61,844 nt of DNA from an uncultured Wenzhouxiangellaceae bacterium (GCA_964650905.1 CAZYVH010000003.1:18230-80073), one strand, 5' to 3'; shown: positions 20,554 to 32,322, numbered from the stretch's first letter. The notes: generated by a model from the letters alone, not told the origin. Numbers and translations are program-made.

Positions 20554-21666
20554 TCACTTGCCACGATACGCAGGCCGGAAAATATTGTGCTTGCTTTTAT
20601 TCAGACCTGTCAAAGCATCATTGCACAGCCTCCTGATGGTCTGTTTCTGATCATTTGTCAGAACGTCCAGCATATCGTCTATATCGTCGGTAAAGAGCGT
20701 TGTATCGGTATCATCTTTTGAATAATAAAGATACTGTTCCCGCATCTGTTCCAGTTCTGCTTCACCCGGCCTTGAATCAAGTCCTCTTGCCAGAATGTCT
20801 GCAAATGCCTTCGAGTGTCTCAGTTGCCTGTAGTTGACCAGGCTTAAAGCGGTGTTCCCCGAATATTCCAGCACAACATTGAAATAATGTGCATAACAAT
20901 GGGCCAGGTATTCAACATTGCTCATTTGGGCGGTGTCCTGTGGTCTCAAACCGGTGAGTTCGCCCGCTAGTGGAGCACCCTTGGCGCACAACACCGCTGT
21001 GGTTTCCTGCAAAACATTGGCAATAACTTCAACGGGGTCACGGTACAGATAAAGTGCCGGGGCATCGGGAAAGGCAGCGCAGATCAAATCGAGGTAAATG
21101 ACATTCCAGCTTATCAGTTTCAAATAACAAATCTCGTATTCAGGCCGGCGTTTGCGGGCCATGAGCATGACGAGATTTTGTAGCATGAGGATATTTTGTT
21201 CATTAATTTCCGGCGGGTATTGCCAGTGATCTGTGATCGCAGCCCAAAACCCCTCTTGCAGGGGGCCACCCTGAATAATGACAAGATTGCGAGGCGATCG
21301 CGCCAGGGCCTTGGTAAACAGCGTCGACCCACAACGAGAGACGTGAAAAATCAGCCCCTTGGGCGATAAACAATTAGAAGTCAGGTCCTCACGCAGCAGA
21401 ATGTGCAGATCGGTCGTGAACGATTCCCCAACGGCATTGTCCTGTGCAAGACGTTCTATGGTGTAAATGTGCTTCCATTCGAGGTACGGTGCATCTGTGA
21501 TATCCGCAAAATATAATAATCCATTATCATTTGGGTTGATGGCAACCGGAACCAATCCTGGCTGTCTATGAATGCGTTCGAGTGCTTCATTTATCGGCAG
21601 GTATCGATCCCGGATTCCGGGCAACAGGTTTTCCATAACCTCATGATCTGGTAGTGCATACAACAT
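20554..21666 (-). CDS. Sulfotransferase-like protein (Stf0/Sulfotransfer_3-like PAPS loop) with an unassigned N-terminal region
   Basis: IFHVSRCGSTLFTKALARSP resembles the 5-prime-phosphosulfate-binding loop of bacterial sulfotransferases. The first ~100 aa have no recognisable family. Confidence 0.5.
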   Translation of the reverse strand: MLYALPDHEVMENLLPGIRDRYLPINEALERIHRQPGLVPVAINPNDNGLLYFADITDAPYLEWKHIYTIERLAQDNAVGESFTTDLHILLREDLTSNCLSPKGLIFHVSRCGSTLFTKALARSPRNLVIIQGGPLQEGFWAAITDHWQYPPEINEQNILMLQNLVMLMARKRRPEYEICYLKLISWNVIYLDLICAAFPDAPALYLYRDPVEVIANVLQETTAVLCAKGAPLAGELTGLRPQDTAQMSNVEYLAHCYAHYFNVVLEYSGNTALSLVNYRQLRHSKAFADILARGLDSRPGEAELEQMREQYLYYSKDDTDTTLFTDDIDDMLDVLTNDQKQTIRRLCNDALTGLNKSKHNIFRPAYRGK

Positions 21667-21834
21667 AAATGATTATCCTGACGTTATAATAATCTGCCCA
21701 ATAAAAAACGCACATGACGACATTCGAAATACCAATGTGGTTTTATCCACGTCAATTTTACCGGAAAATTCACTGGCTTGTTCAGGCAAGACAAAGTAAC
21801 TTGTCTGTCTGACTGCATATGCGCCAGTGAAATC

Positions 21835-23196
21835 ATGATACAAAAACTCAAGCAATCAGGTTTCCGCTTGCGACACTGGTTCAGTGATGCAACTGTACAG
21901 CGAATCTATAAAAATGCCGGTGTACTTCTTGGCGGTAAGTCCATCGCTGCATTGTCCTCCATTGTGTACATTCCTCTGGCTGCCCACGCCCTGGGCGCCA
22001 CGCCATTTGGTATTTTGATTCTGGTGAACGGCTACACCCGGGCGATTGCAGCGGGGGTCACTTTTCAGGTCCGTTTAAGCCTGGTACGTTATGCAACGAT
22101 CTGTTTGCATGAAAAATCAAAAGAGAAACTAAAAAAACTATTTGCTTTCATGCTCCTGATTGAACTGGGTTTTGGATTGCTTGCGATATCACTTGCTGCA
22201 TTGCTGGTACCCTTTGCCGCTGAACAGTTTTCATGGCCGGCAGAAGAACTACCCCTGATCGTTTTGTACAGCCTTGCCAGTGTCTCGTTGATGTTTTCCA
22301 TGCCCGCAGGTGTTTTGTATGTATTCGGTCGCTTCAAATTATTGTCACTGCAACAAACAGTGGGTCCCATAGTGCGACTCAGCTGCGCAGCACTGGCTTA
22401 TGCCCTAGACGCGGGTTTGAGCGGCTTCCTGCTGGCATGGTTGACAGGGTCCATCGCAGAGGCCGGGGTACAGTGGTTTTTTGGTCTGCACGAGCTTTCA
22501 AAACGCGGCTTGCTGAAGGGCCTGGTACGGTGGCCCACCGGGATCACCCGCCAACATGTCGGGATATGGCGTTTTGTTCTTACCACCAAGCTTGATACAT
22601 CTTTGGAAGAACTCAGCAACCGTATGATACCGCTGACGGTGGGTTGGATTCTTGGTCCGGCTGCCACCGGACTTTATTATGTTGCACTCAAACTGGGGGT
22701 AGCCATGACGCAGGTCATGGTGTTGGTTGGCCAATCACTTTATCCAGAGTTATCACAACTTGCAGCAGCCAGGCAATTTCGCAATCTGAACAGGGTCGTC
22801 CTGCGAACCGGTCTGATTGCTGTTGCCATGGGTTTGTTGGTTTTATTCATTCTGAGTGCATTTGGCGAGCAGATACTCATACTTTATGGTGGTCCGGGTT
22901 TTGGTGCTGCCTATTCTGTGCTTATCCTGATCGTGTTCGCGAGCACCATGCAATTGTTTGGATTTCCATTGGGCCTTGCACTGGTTGCCTGTGGCAGGCC
23001 TGGTTCCGTGTTAAAAATCAAGCTGGTGGCAAGCATATTGCTGTTTCCCGTTCTGTTGGGTCTGTTAAAGCTCTATGAACTCAATGGTGCAGGGATGTAC
23101 GCCGTTGCTTTTGCAGCAGTTCTTGTCATTTCAATGACGGTCACGTTTCGGCGTAATACAGACCGTCAGATCGCTTTAAAATATCAAGACACTTGA
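21835..23196 (+). CDS. Polysaccharide/oligosaccharide flippase-like polytopic membrane protein (MOP/Wzx-like)
   Basis: About 12 hydrophobic segments. It starts at ATG 21835 (MIQKLKQSGFRL), is divergent from the GT2/sulfotransferase genes, and has the general Wzx-type layout. Confidence 0.6.
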   Translation: MIQKLKQSGFRLRHWFSDATVQRIYKNAGVLLGGKSIAALSSIVYIPLAAHALGATPFGILILVNGYTRAIAAGVTFQVRLSLVRYATICLHEKSKEKLKKLFAFMLLIELGFGLLAISLAALLVPFAAEQFSWPAEELPLIVLYSLASVSLMFSMPAGVLYVFGRFKLLSLQQTVGPIVRLSCAALAYALDAGLSGFLLAWLTGSIAEAGVQWFFGLHELSKRGLLKGLVRWPTGITRQHVGIWRFVLTTKLDTSLEELSNRMIPLTVGWILGPAATGLYYVALKLGVAMTQVMVLVGQSLYPELSQLAAARQFRNLNRVVLRTGLIAVAMGLLVLFILSAFGEQILILYGGPGFGAAYSVLILIVFASTMQLFGFPLGLALVACGRPGSVLKIKLVASILLFPVLLGLLKLYELNGAGMYAVAFAAVLVISMTVTFRRNTDRQIALKYQDT

Positions 23197-23286
23197 TGCA
23201 GTAGTTGGTGCATTCACAGACAGGTGTGGGCATTTTCCGCCCCCTAAACCGGTGCCTGTCGCTGAAAACAGACGGGGTACAACAGT

Positions 23287-24294
23287 ATGTACGCGCAAGT
23301 CCTTGAGGAATGTAAAGCGGTGACTCAAAAGCCGCTGGTATGGACCCGGGTGGAAACACCGGTTGTGGGTGTCGGTGAGGTGCTTATAAAGGTCCACGCC
23401 TGTGGTATCTGCCGCACCGACCTGCACGTTATGGAGGGGGAACTGGATGGCACAAAATACAAATTCCCCATTATCCCCGGGCACCAGGTGGTTGGTACAA
23501 TTGAGTCAGCGCCTGAGTCCTCAGCGCTGAAAGCCGGCCAACGGGTCGGTGTGCCGTGGTTGTACTCGACCTGTGGCAGATGCCGGTTCTGCCGGACCGG
23601 TCGGGAGAATTTGTGTGTACACCCGGAATTTACCGGTTGGACCCGAAATGGTGGTTTTGCCGAGTATGTAACGGCTCCCGAGGATTTTGTTTATCCGGTT
23701 CCAGCGCAGTTGACGGATGTTGAAGTTGCCCCCTTGCTGTGTGCCGGGATTATCGGTTATCGCTGTCTGCGTCAATGCGGGATTGAAAACTGGGCGGGTG
23801 CAAAGCTGGGTTTGTACGGCTTTGGCGCGGCCGGCCATATCGCGATTCAGATCGCCCGTCATCGTGGCGCGGATGTCTATGTCTGTACACGTGACCATGC
23901 GCGTCATCAAAAACTGGCCGGGGAGCTTGGCGCGAGTTGGGTTGGCGGAACATTTGAACCACCACCGGTAAAGCTCGACGCCGCGATCATCTTCGCCCCG
24001 GCAGGTGAAATCGTACCCGCCGCGCTCAAAGCGCTGCAGCGGGGCGGTGTCCTGGTGCTTGGCGGTATTCATATGAGCAATATTCCGGCTGTCGAATACC
24101 GGGATATTTACTGGGAGCGGGTGATACGTTCGGTGGCCAATAACACCCGGGCGGACGGCCGCGAGTTTATTGCAGAAGCCGTCGCCGCTGGTATTCGAAC
24201 GCACACACAGGTGTTCCCACTCAGCGATGCCAACGAGGCTCTGTTGGCGCTGAAACAGGACGCCATCAAGGGTGCCGGCGTCCTCCTCGTTTAG
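23287..24294 (+). CDS. Zinc-dependent alcohol dehydrogenase (MDR family)
   Basis: Catalytic zinc ligand context is ACGICRTDLHVMEG and GHQVVG. The structural zinc loop is CGRCRFCRTGRENLC. The Rossmann motif is GLYGFGAAGH. Confidence 0.85.
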   Translation: MYAQVLEECKAVTQKPLVWTRVETPVVGVGEVLIKVHACGICRTDLHVMEGELDGTKYKFPIIPGHQVVGTIESAPESSALKAGQRVGVPWLYSTCGRCRFCRTGRENLCVHPEFTGWTRNGGFAEYVTAPEDFVYPVPAQLTDVEVAPLLCAGIIGYRCLRQCGIENWAGAKLGLYGFGAAGHIAIQIARHRGADVYVCTRDHARHQKLAGELGASWVGGTFEPPPVKLDAAIIFAPAGEIVPAALKALQRGGVLVLGGIHMSNIPAVEYRDIYWERVIRSVANNTRADGREFIAEAVAAGIRTHTQVFPLSDANEALLALKQDAIKGAGVLLV

Positions 24295-24303
24295 CCAACC
24301 GGG

Positions 24304-26985
24304 TTATCCGGCCGCCAATTGCCGCAACACGTAGTTCAGGATACCGCCGTGACGGTAGTATTCCACTTCCTTGGGTGTATCCAGGCGGACCCTGGCATTG
24401 AATTGCTTACTGGAGCCATCGGCCGCTGTCGCTGTCACTGTCACCTGTTTGGCCGAACCGTCGCGGAAACCTTCAACTGCATAGGATTCGGTGCCGTCAA
24501 GACCAAGGCTGTCAGCGTCCTCACCGGCCATGAAGTTGAGTGGCAATACACCCATGCCCACCAGGTTGGAGCGGTGAATACGTTCAAAACTGACACAGAT
24601 AACGGCTTTGACACCGAGTAATTGAGTGCCCTTGGCGGCCCAGTCACGTGACGAACCGGTGCCGTACTCCTTACCGGCCAGCACGATCAACGGGGTGTTG
24701 TCCTGCTGGTAGCGCATGGAGGCATCGAAGATAGTCAATTCTTCATCGTCGGGCTGTAAACGGGTCCAGCCGCCTTCGGTTCCCGGTGCCAACTGGTTAC
24801 GCAAACGCACGTTGGCAAACGTACCGCGCATCATGACTTCGTGGTTACCCCGTCTTGAACCATAGGAATTGAACATCTCGCGCGGGATGCCCCTGGCCCT
24901 GAGGTAATCACCTGCCGGGGAGTCCGCTGCAATGTTGCCGGCCGGTGAGATGTGGTCAGTGGTAATGGAATTACCCAACCTGGCCAGACAGCGTGCGCCG
25001 TGGAAATCCCCGCTGGCTGGCAAGGCCATCGTCATAGCGGAGAAATAGGGCGGGTTGCGAACATAGGTGGAATCTGCCTGCCAGTCGAACATATTGCCCT
25101 CGGGCGTAGCGATCGCCTGCCAGCGCTCATCACCCGCAAAAGCATGGCTGTATTGGGCTTTGAACATGTCTGCCGAAACACTCTCGGCGATGCACTGTTG
25201 CACCTCTTGACTGGTTGGCCAGATATCACGCAGGTAGACGGGATTGCCCTGCTGGTCGTTACCGAGTGATTCCGTTGTAATGTCGACATTCATATTGCCG
25301 GCGAGTGCATAAGCAACCACCAACGGCGGTGAAGCGAGGTAATTCATCTTGATATCCGCGTGGATACGGCCTTCAAAATTACGGTTGCCTGAAAGCACCG
25401 AGCAGGCTACCAGGTCATTGTCCCGAACGGCCTCACCAATAGGATCGGGCAGGGGGCCGGAATTACCGATACAGGTGGTGCAGCCATAACCGACCACGTA
25501 GAAGCCTACCGCTTCAAGGTCATCCATAAGACCGGCGGCATTCAAATAGTCGGTCACCACGCGCGAACCAGGGCCGAGTGATGTTTTGACCCAGGGCTGG
25601 GCCTTCAGACCCCTGGCGGCGGCATTCCTGGCGAGTAAGCCAGCGCCCAGCATCACTGCGGGGTTGGAGGTGTTGGTACACGAGGTGATGGCTGCAATGA
25701 CAATCGCACCATCCTCGAGGTCGAATTGTTGCTTGTTATAGTTGACTTTGGCACTACTTGCGTTATCCCGCCCTTTTATAAAGACCTGCATATCGCGCTG
25801 GTAGGCCTGACTGGCTTCGGTCAACAACACCCGGTCCTGCGGGCGTTTGGGCCCTGCCAGGCTCGGTACGACCGTGGACATATCAAGTTCCAGCGTATCG
25901 GAATAGACCGCTGCAGGTGAGTCCGCATCGTGGAACAGGCCCTGGGCGCGCGCGTAGGCTTCAACCAGTTCAACCTGGTCTTCAGGGCGCCCGGAAAGAC
26001 GCAGGTAGTCCAGGCTTTCGGCATCGACCGGGAAAATTCCGCAGGTCGCACCGTATTCCGGCGCCATATTGGCAATGGTGGCCCTGTCTGCCAGCGGCAA
26101 GCTGGCTAGTCCATCGCCGAAAAATTCCACAAATTTCCCGACCACACCCAATTCACGCAACATTTGCACGACGGTTAACACCAGGTCGGTAGCGGTCGCG
26201 CCTTCGGGTAATTTGCCGGACAGTTTAAAACCCACCACTTGCGGGATCAGCATGGTGATGGCCTGACCGAGCATGGCGGCTTCTGCCTCGATACCGCCGA
26301 CACCCCAGCCCAGCACACCGATACCATTGATCATTGTGGTGTGCGAGTCCGTACCGACCACGGTATCAGGGTAGGCCATCAGTTCACCATTTTGCTCTGC
26401 ACCGAACACGACCCGTGCCAGGTACTCGAGATTGACCTGGTGTACGATACCGGTATTGGGCGGCACTACCTGGAAATTGCTGAACGCCCCCTGACCCCAT
26501 TTCAGGAAGCTGTAGCGTTCGCCGTTGCGTTTGAACTCTATTTCATTGTTGGCCTTGAGTGCATCGAGGCTGCCGTAACGGTCAACCTGAACAGAGTGGT
26601 CAATGACCATTTCAGCCGGTGACAGAGGATTGATCAATTCCGGGTCGCCACCCAGGCTTTGCATGGCGTCACGCATCGCGGCCAGGTCGACCACGGCGGG
26701 CACACCGGTGAAATCCTGCAACACAACCCTGGCAGGGGTAAACGCAATTTCCGTTTCCGGTTGAGCTTTTGCATCCCAGTTGGCCAGCGCTTCGATATCA
26801 CTGCGGGTGATATCCACACCGTCTTCATGCCGCAGCAGGTTTTCCAATAAGATTTTGAGGGAATAGGGCAGGTGGGAGATATCGATCTTTTCACCAAGCG
26901 CCGGCAGACTAAAGTAGGCGTAGTTTTTGTTGTTGGCTGTAAAAGATTTCCTGACAGAAAATGAGTCTTGCATGCTGGCCTCCAT
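24304..26985 (-). CDS. acnA: Aconitate hydratase A
   Basis: 893 aa. Fe-S cluster ligand motifs are present ([10 protein letters not shown] and [12 protein letters not shown]), with a full-length aconitase/IRP-type architecture. Confidence 0.95.
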   Translation of the reverse strand: MEASMQDSFSVRKSFTANNKNYAYFSLPALGEKIDISHLPYSLKILLENLLRHEDGVDITRSDIEALANWDAKAQPETEIAFTPARVVLQDFTGVPAVVDLAAMRDAMQSLGGDPELINPLSPAEMVIDHSVQVDRYGSLDALKANNEIEFKRNGERYSFLKWGQGAFSNFQVVPPNTGIVHQVNLEYLARVVFGAEQNGELMAYPDTVVGTDSHTTMINGIGVLGWGVGGIEAEAAMLGQAITMLIPQVVGFKLSGKLPEGATATDLVLTVVQMLRELGVVGKFVEFFGDGLASLPLADRATIANMAPEYGATCGIFPVDAESLDYLRLSGRPEDQVELVEAYARAQGLFHDADSPAAVYSDTLELDMSTVVPSLAGPKRPQDRVLLTEASQAYQRDMQVFIKGRDNASSAKVNYNKQQFDLEDGAIVIAAITSCTNTSNPAVMLGAGLLARNAAARGLKAQPWVKTSLGPGSRVVTDYLNAAGLMDDLEAVGFYVVGYGCTTCIGNSGPLPDPIGEAVRDNDLVACSVLSGNRNFEGRIHADIKMNYLASPPLVVAYALAGNMNVDITTESLGNDQQGNPVYLRDIWPTSQEVQQCIAESVSADMFKAQYSHAFAGDERWQAIATPEGNMFDWQADSTYVRNPPYFSAMTMALPASGDFHGARCLARLGNSITTDHISPAGNIAADSPAGDYLRARGIPREMFNSYGSRRGNHEVMMRGTFANVRLRNQLAPGTEGGWTRLQPDDEELTIFDASMRYQQDNTPLIVLAGKEYGTGSSRDWAAKGTQLLGVKAVICVSFERIHRSNLVGMGVLPLNFMAGEDADSLGLDGTESYAVEGFRDGSAKQVTVTATAADGSSKQFNARVRLDTPKEVEYYRHGGILNYVLRQLAAG

Positions 26986-27094
26986 TGACCTTCAACCCGG
27001 ATTTTTCGGGGCGGGTATTATCTAAAATTACCGGCTAGGGGAAAACCACCTATTATCGCTTATCCGTGACCCATTTCCCAAATAATTTCTGGAT

Positions 27095-27703
27095 TTATCC
27101 GGGCAATAGCGACTCTGCCTGTTGCAGCATTTTTCTGCGCCCGAACATCAGGCTAAAGCGACCACCGCCCAATTGCCGCCAGAGTACCGCGGAGCGCAAA
27201 CCGGCAAACAGGAGTGTGCGAATCCAGTTGACCGTGCGCGGCACCTGCAGGTATTGCGGTCTGCCGTTGACGACGATCCGTGGTGTGATTGTGCTGATGG
27301 TTTTACAATAAAGACCCGCTATTTCCTGCGCCTGCAGATCACTTTTCTCATAGTCCTCGAGATCGCCGCCAAGTGTGGCAATGGTTTGCAGCTTTTCGCC
27401 GATCTGCGTTTGCATCAGAGTGTTCTTACGGAAGCGAACCTCCAATTGCATGATTGACACGGCCAGACCCAGGCTGTCGATGTGGTGACGGTCGCCACCC
27501 AACACGGCAATCAGTGTTTCAATCCCCAGCCGCAAACGATTTGCACTGCCATACACGGCCTCAACGGAATCCGCTTCGATGGCGAGCAGGCTGTCGAGAC
27601 AGGCCTGCGCCCCGTAACCTGACCAGGTACCGTGGTTGGCCGCCTGTCTGACCAATTCGGTGGCCTGGAAAATACCCGCCAATGCCAGTGTTCTGTTTTT
27701 CAT
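27095..27703 (-). CDS. hflD: High-frequency-of-lysogenization protein HflD homologue
   Basis: The N-terminus [25 protein letters not shown] is typical of HflD. An ATGA overlap links it to the upstream mnmA stop, giving the conserved mnmA-hflD order. Confidence 0.8.
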   Translation of the reverse strand: MKNRTLALAGIFQATELVRQAANHGTWSGYGAQACLDSLLAIEADSVEAVYGSANRLRLGIETLIAVLGGDRHHIDSLGLAVSIMQLEVRFRKNTLMQTQIGEKLQTIATLGGDLEDYEKSDLQAQEIAGLYCKTISTITPRIVVNGRPQYLQVPRTVNWIRTLLFAGLRSAVLWRQLGGGRFSLMFGRRKMLQQAESLLPG

Positions 27704-28815
27704 ATGCCCGCAACCACCGGTGGTGTGTTCATGTATTGGATATTACCGCCACCCAGACACACATCGCCAGCATACAGGACGACCGATTGACCGGGGGTCA
27801 CCGCACGTTGTGGTGCTGAAAAAATGACCTGCATGTGGTCATCGCCAAGCATTTCGACCTGTACCGGTTGGTCCTGCTGGCGATAGCGCACCCTGGCGGT
27901 TAAGGGCGTGCCAGGTTCAGGTGCTTCTCCCGACACCCATGCCAGTTGATTTGCCTCAAGACGGGTGGACATCAGCCATGGGTGTTCGTGTCCCTGGGCG
28001 GCATACAGGATGTTGTTTTCCATGTCCTTGTGCAGGACATACCAGGGTGCGTCCGGATAACCTCTGACGCCGCCGATGCCGAGCCCCTGGCGTTGTCCGA
28101 GTGTGTAAAACATCAAGCCATCATGTGTACCGATAAGCTGCTCGTGGGGTGTACGGATTTCTCCCTTAACTGCGGGCAGGTAGCTGGCCAGGAATGCTTT
28201 GAAATTACGTTCACCGATAAAACAGATACCGGTACTGTCCTTTTTGTCATACACCGCAAAACCGGCTTTTTCAGCCATGCGCCTGACCGTTGGTTTTTTC
28301 AGTTCACCGACTGGAAACAGTGTTTTGGCCAATTGCTGATGACCAACCGCATAGAGAAAATAGCTTTGATCCTTGTTCGGGTCGCGACCTTTTAACAAAC
28401 GGCTTTTGCCATCCTTTGCATCGCTGCGCACGTAATGCCCGGTCGCAATCAAGTCAGCACCCAAGTCCTCTGCGTGCTCCAGGAAGGTTTTGAACTTGAT
28501 TTCGCGGTTGCACAAAACATCCGGGTTTGGTGTGCGCCCGGCCTGGTATTCGGCCAGAAATTCCGTAAAAACATTATCCCAGTACTCTGCGGCAAAATTG
28601 CGGGTATGCAGCCTGATACCAAGAATTTGGGCCACCGACTCGGCATCGGCCTTGTCTTCGCTTGCGGCACATTCTCCCAGTCGGTCGTCCTCTTCCCAGT
28701 TTTTCATAAACATGGCCTCGATATCCTGGCCCTGCAGTTGCAATAGTGAAGCCGCCACCGCTGAATCCACACCGCCGGACATGGCCACCATGATTTTGCC
28801 GTTATGTTCGCCCAT
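27700..28815 (-). CDS. mnmA: tRNA 2-thiouridine(34) synthase
   Basis: PP-loop motif [13 protein letters not shown] with full-length MnmA similarity. The ORF-track start at 28851 is TTG. ATG at 28815 ([15 protein letters not shown]) is preferred, and ATG at 28791 is also possible. Confidence 0.9.
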   Translation of the reverse strand: MGEHNGKIMVAMSGGVDSAVAASLLQLQGQDIEAMFMKNWEEDDRLGECAASEDKADAESVAQILGIRLHTRNFAAEYWDNVFTEFLAEYQAGRTPNPDVLCNREIKFKTFLEHAEDLGADLIATGHYVRSDAKDGKSRLLKGRDPNKDQSYFLYAVGHQQLAKTLFPVGELKKPTVRRMAEKAGFAVYDKKDSTGICFIGERNFKAFLASYLPAVKGEIRTPHEQLIGTHDGLMFYTLGQRQGLGIGGVRGYPDAPWYVLHKDMENNILYAAQGHEHPWLMSTRLEANQLAWVSGEAPEPGTPLTARVRYRQQDQPVQVEMLGDDHMQVIFSAPQRAVTPGQSVVLYAGDVCLGGGNIQYMNTPPVVAGI

Positions 28816-28880
28816 TAAAACTGTAAATGGGGTCAAAGACGCGAAGGTCAATTGCTAAAAAGTGTTATAAAATACCTGCA

Positions 28881-29201
28881 ATGAGCAAGGAACCTGAATC
28901 ACAACACAATCGCGGACTGGCCGTCGAAGAAGTCCGCCCCGAGGTCAAGCCACCACCGATGTACAAAGTGGTGTTGCTGAACGACGACTTTACACCGATG
29001 GATTTCGTGGTCGATGTTATCCAGACTTTTTTTGGTCTGGGGCATGACCGGGCCACCCAGATCATGTTACACGTACACACAAGAGGCAAGGGCATATGCG
29101 GTATTTTCACACTCGAAATTGCTGAAACCAAGGTTGTCCAGGTCAACGAATATGCACGCCAGAATGAACATCCGCTCCAATGTGCATTGGAAAAAGCTTG
29201 A
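28881..29201 (+). CDS. clpS: ATP-dependent Clp protease adaptor ClpS
   Basis: ATG at 28881. The hallmark ClpS core [25 protein letters not shown] is present, and the gene lies directly upstream of clpA. Confidence 0.9.
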   Translation: MSKEPESQHNRGLAVEEVRPEVKPPPMYKVVLLNDDFTPMDFVVDVIQTFFGLGHDRATQIMLHVHTRGKGICGIFTLEIAETKVVQVNEYARQNEHPLQCALEKA

Positions 29202-29264
29202 ACCGTGGCACTATTGTCCGGTCACATGAAATAGTGCAACCATGAGCGGACTGGAGACACCCTG

Positions 29265-31571
29265 ATGTTCAACAAGGAACTGGAAGTTACCATCAGCCAG
29301 GCTTACCAGGAAGCCCGTAGTGCGAGTCACGAATTCCTGACGGTTGAACACCTGTTGCTGGCATTGCTGGATAACAGCTCAGCGCTGTCGGTATTGAGTG
29401 CCTGTGGTGTGGATATCGCTGGTCTGGAGACGGCGCTTCGCAACACGCTCAAGGACACCGTACCCATTCTTGCCGAAGAGGAAGGCCGGGACACCCAACC
29501 GACCATCGGCTTTCAACGGGTATTGCAAAGGGCCTTATACCATGTCCAGTCTTCCGGCAAACAAGAGGTTGTCGGCTCAAATGTCCTGGTTGCAATTTTC
29601 AGTGAGAAAGATTCCTACGCCACCTACCTGCTAAACAAGTTCGATGTCACACGCCTGGACGTGATTAACTATATTTCCCATGGTATTTCACCACTTGAAA
29701 AAGAACCGGATCCCGACACTGCAAACGTCGAACAGGATACCTCCGGTGAATCAGTCGACGCCCGTAAAAGTGCCTTGGACAATTTTACAGCCAACCTCAA
29801 CGAGCGTGCTCGCGAAGGAAAAATTGATCCGTTAATCGGGCGCGGGAGTGAGATTGAGAGAACCATCCAGGTACTCTGTCGCCGGCGCAAAAACAATCCC
29901 TTGTTCGTTGGCGAAGCGGGCGTTGGCAAGACCGCCATGGCGGAGGGCCTGGCCCTGCGGATTACCCTCAATGAAGTACCGGAGGTGCTCGAGGATGCAA
30001 TAATTTTTGCACTGGATCTGGGTGCCCTGCTGGCTGGTACCAAGTACCGCGGCGATTTTGAGAAACGTCTCAAGGCGGTATTGGCTGAATTGTACGCTAC
30101 CGAGGGTGCAATACTTTTCATCGATGAAATTCATACCATCATTGGTGCCGGCGCCGCGTCCGGTGGCGTCATGGATGCGTCGAACCTGATCAAGCCGATG
30201 CTGGCTTCAGGTGAATTGCGTTGCATTGGTTCCACCACATTCCAGGAATTTCGTGGTGTATTTGAAAAAGACCGGGCCCTGGCACGGCGTTTTCAGAAGA
30301 TTGACATTGTTGAACCCACTGTCCAGGAGACCATTGACATCCTGCGTGGCCTCAAAACCCGTTTCGGAGAACACCACAATGTTGAATATACCGATGAGGC
30401 GCTGAGTGCCGCCGCAGAATTGTCCAGCCGGCACATCATTGACAGGCACCTGCCGGATAAAGCCATCGATGTGATCGATGAGGCGGGAGCACGGCAGCGC
30501 ATGTTACCTGAAAATGAACGCAAAAGACGACTTGACGAACATGATATCGAGACCGTGATTGCCCACATGGCGCGGATCCCCCCGAAGCAGGTATCGCGTT
30601 CGGACAGGGATGCACTGCGTAACCTGGACCGTGATCTGAAGCTGACCGTATTTGGACAGGATGAGGCCATTGAAGCATTGACTTCTGCGATCAAGATGGC
30701 CCGTTCAGGTCTTGGTGAGGAAGACCACCCAATCGGTTCGTTTCTGTTTGCCGGGCCGACCGGTGTCGGCAAGACCGAGGTGACCCGGCAACTTGCCATG
30801 GTCATGGGTATCGAGCTGATACGGTTTGATATGTCGGAATACATGGAGGCGCACTCGGTTTCCCGGATGGTTGGCGCACCGCCCGGCTACGTCGGTTTTG
30901 ACCAGGGTGGTTTGTTGACCGAAGCGGTCACACGCAACCCGCATGCCGTCCTGTTGCTGGATGAAATCGAAAAGGCTCACCCGGACGTCTACAACATGCT
31001 TTTGCAGATCATGGACCATGGCACACTCACCGATACCAATGGCCGTGAGGCTGATTTTCGCAACGTTATCCTGGTCATGACCACCAATGCGGGTGCGCAG
31101 CAGAGTGCCAGACGTGTCATCGGCTTCACCGATCAGGATCACGAACCGGATTCCACCGAGGCCATCCGCAGGACATTTACACCGGAATTTCGTAACCGGC
31201 TGGACGCGGTGATCCAGTTCAAGGCGCTGGATTTCAACATTGTACTGCTGATCGTTGACAAATTTATCCTTGAGCTTGAAGCCCAACTGGCGTTGAAGGA
31301 TGTCAGTATCGGCGTGTCCACGGCGGCGCGCGAATGGCTGGCAGAGCAGGGCTTTGACAGGCAGATGGGCGCGCGACCGATGAAGCGGGTCATTCAGGAC
31401 CAGATCAAACGCCGCCTGGCAGACGACCTGTTGTTCGGCGACCTGGCGGCAGGCGGGGAAGTGGGGATTACCTTGTCGAAGAAAGACAAGAACCCATTGA
31501 AAATTCGCACCCGGCCAAAACTGGAGCCACAAAAGGCATTGCCGGCAGCAACGGAATCAGAAGACGGCTAA
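29265..31571 (+). CDS. clpA: ATP-dependent Clp protease ATP-binding subunit ClpA
   Basis: 768 aa with two AAA+ modules. Walker A motifs are GEAGVGKT and GPTGVGKT. A Clp N-domain is present at the N-terminus. Confidence 0.95.
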   Translation: MFNKELEVTISQAYQEARSASHEFLTVEHLLLALLDNSSALSVLSACGVDIAGLETALRNTLKDTVPILAEEEGRDTQPTIGFQRVLQRALYHVQSSGKQEVVGSNVLVAIFSEKDSYATYLLNKFDVTRLDVINYISHGISPLEKEPDPDTANVEQDTSGESVDARKSALDNFTANLNERAREGKIDPLIGRGSEIERTIQVLCRRRKNNPLFVGEAGVGKTAMAEGLALRITLNEVPEVLEDAIIFALDLGALLAGTKYRGDFEKRLKAVLAELYATEGAILFIDEIHTIIGAGAASGGVMDASNLIKPMLASGELRCIGSTTFQEFRGVFEKDRALARRFQKIDIVEPTVQETIDILRGLKTRFGEHHNVEYTDEALSAAAELSSRHIIDRHLPDKAIDVIDEAGARQRMLPENERKRRLDEHDIETVIAHMARIPPKQVSRSDRDALRNLDRDLKLTVFGQDEAIEALTSAIKMARSGLGEEDHPIGSFLFAGPTGVGKTEVTRQLAMVMGIELIRFDMSEYMEAHSVSRMVGAPPGYVGFDQGGLLTEAVTRNPHAVLLLDEIEKAHPDVYNMLLQIMDHGTLTDTNGREADFRNVILVMTTNAGAQQSARRVIGFTDQDHEPDSTEAIRRTFTPEFRNRLDAVIQFKALDFNIVLLIVDKFILELEAQLALKDVSIGVSTAAREWLAEQGFDRQMGARPMKRVIQDQIKRRLADDLLFGDLAAGGEVGITLSKKDKNPLKIRTRPKLEPQKALPAATESEDG

Positions 31572-31574
31572 CCG

Positions 31575-31793
31575 TCATTTCATACGGTAGGTGATACGTC
31601 CCTTGGAAAGGTCGTAGGGTGTCAGTTCGACCTTGACCATGTCACCGGTGAGTATCCTGATATAGTGTTTACGCATCCGCCCGGAGATGTGCGCGGTCAC
31701 GACATGGCCATTTTCAAGCTCAACTTTAAAAAGCGTATTCGGCAAGGTATCGAGTACCTTGCCTTCCATTTCAATTACATCTTCTTTTACCAT
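31575..31793 (-). CDS. infA: Translation initiation factor IF-1
   Basis: [70 protein letters not shown] closely matches the E. coli IF-1 sequence as I recall it. The start is taken at the internal ATG 31793. Confidence 0.95.
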   Translation of the reverse strand: MVKEDVIEMEGKVLDTLPNTLFKVELENGHVVTAHISGRMRKHYIRILTGDMVKVELTPYDLSKGRITYRMK

Positions 31794-31884
31794 GATTTCC
31801 CATGCCATTATCAGGTGGCGGTATTGTGCCACTGACTGGCCGGCTTCGGTAGGGGGTAAGGTGATTTATATTGGCTTTGTATGG

Positions 31885-31912
31885 TTGACACTACTGGCCT
31901 TTTGGCTACAAT
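31885..31912 (+). promoter_or_regulatory. Putative sigma70 promoter for the tRNA-Gly/tRNA-Cys pair
   Basis: TTGACA (31885-31890), a 16-nt spacer, then TACAAT (31907-31912). A GC-rich discriminator (acgccccc) follows, and tRNA-Gly starts at 31926. Confidence 0.5.
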
Positions 31913-31925
31913 ACGCCCCCTTACT

Positions 31926-32001
<76 letters not shown>

Positions 32002-32045
32002 GTTTTAAATGCCCGTCACGAGGTGTGCACGGGTACGCTTCACGG

Positions 32046-32119
32046 GGCCAGGTGGCAGAGTGGTTATGCTGCGGCCTGCAAAGCCGTCTACGCCGGTTCG
32101 ATTCCGACCCTGGCCTCCA
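32046..32119 (+). tRNA. tRNA-Cys (anticodon GCA)
   Basis: 74 nt. The acceptor stem is GGCCAGG/CCTGGCC, the anticodon stem-loop is GCGGC-CTGCAAA-GCCGT, the T-loop is TTCGATT, and CCA is encoded. Confidence 0.9.
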
Positions 32120-32322
32120 TTATCCTCATTCAAGACGTCTCAGGAAACCCCTGAAAGTCTTGCTGTGCCCTTGTTTTGTTCTCCTGGAACGGCGGCGAAA
32201 ACGAATTCAGGGAACTTTAGCTTACAATGTATCCAGATTTGCCGGTTTTTTAAGCCCAGGTCTTGAACCCTGCCTGTCATTTGCGTTCCAATAAATTTCG
32301 TATGAGTAGAAACACATAGAAA

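Noticed and set aside
30705-31532. Long antisense or alternative-frame ORFs inside confident genes. Examples are 30705-31532, 48713-49480, 23521-24204, 43169-43903, 44100-44822 and 52295-52915.
   Set aside because: These are shadow ORFs typical of GC-rich coding DNA. Their translations are Arg/Pro/Gly-rich with no domain signatures. Each lies wholly within a gene that has strong family motifs.
32046-32322. A classical integrative island or prophage at tRNA-Cys.
   Set aside because: No integrase, excisionase, phage genes or direct repeat of the tRNA 3-prime end could be found by eye. It is retained only as a low-confidence accessory-block observation.
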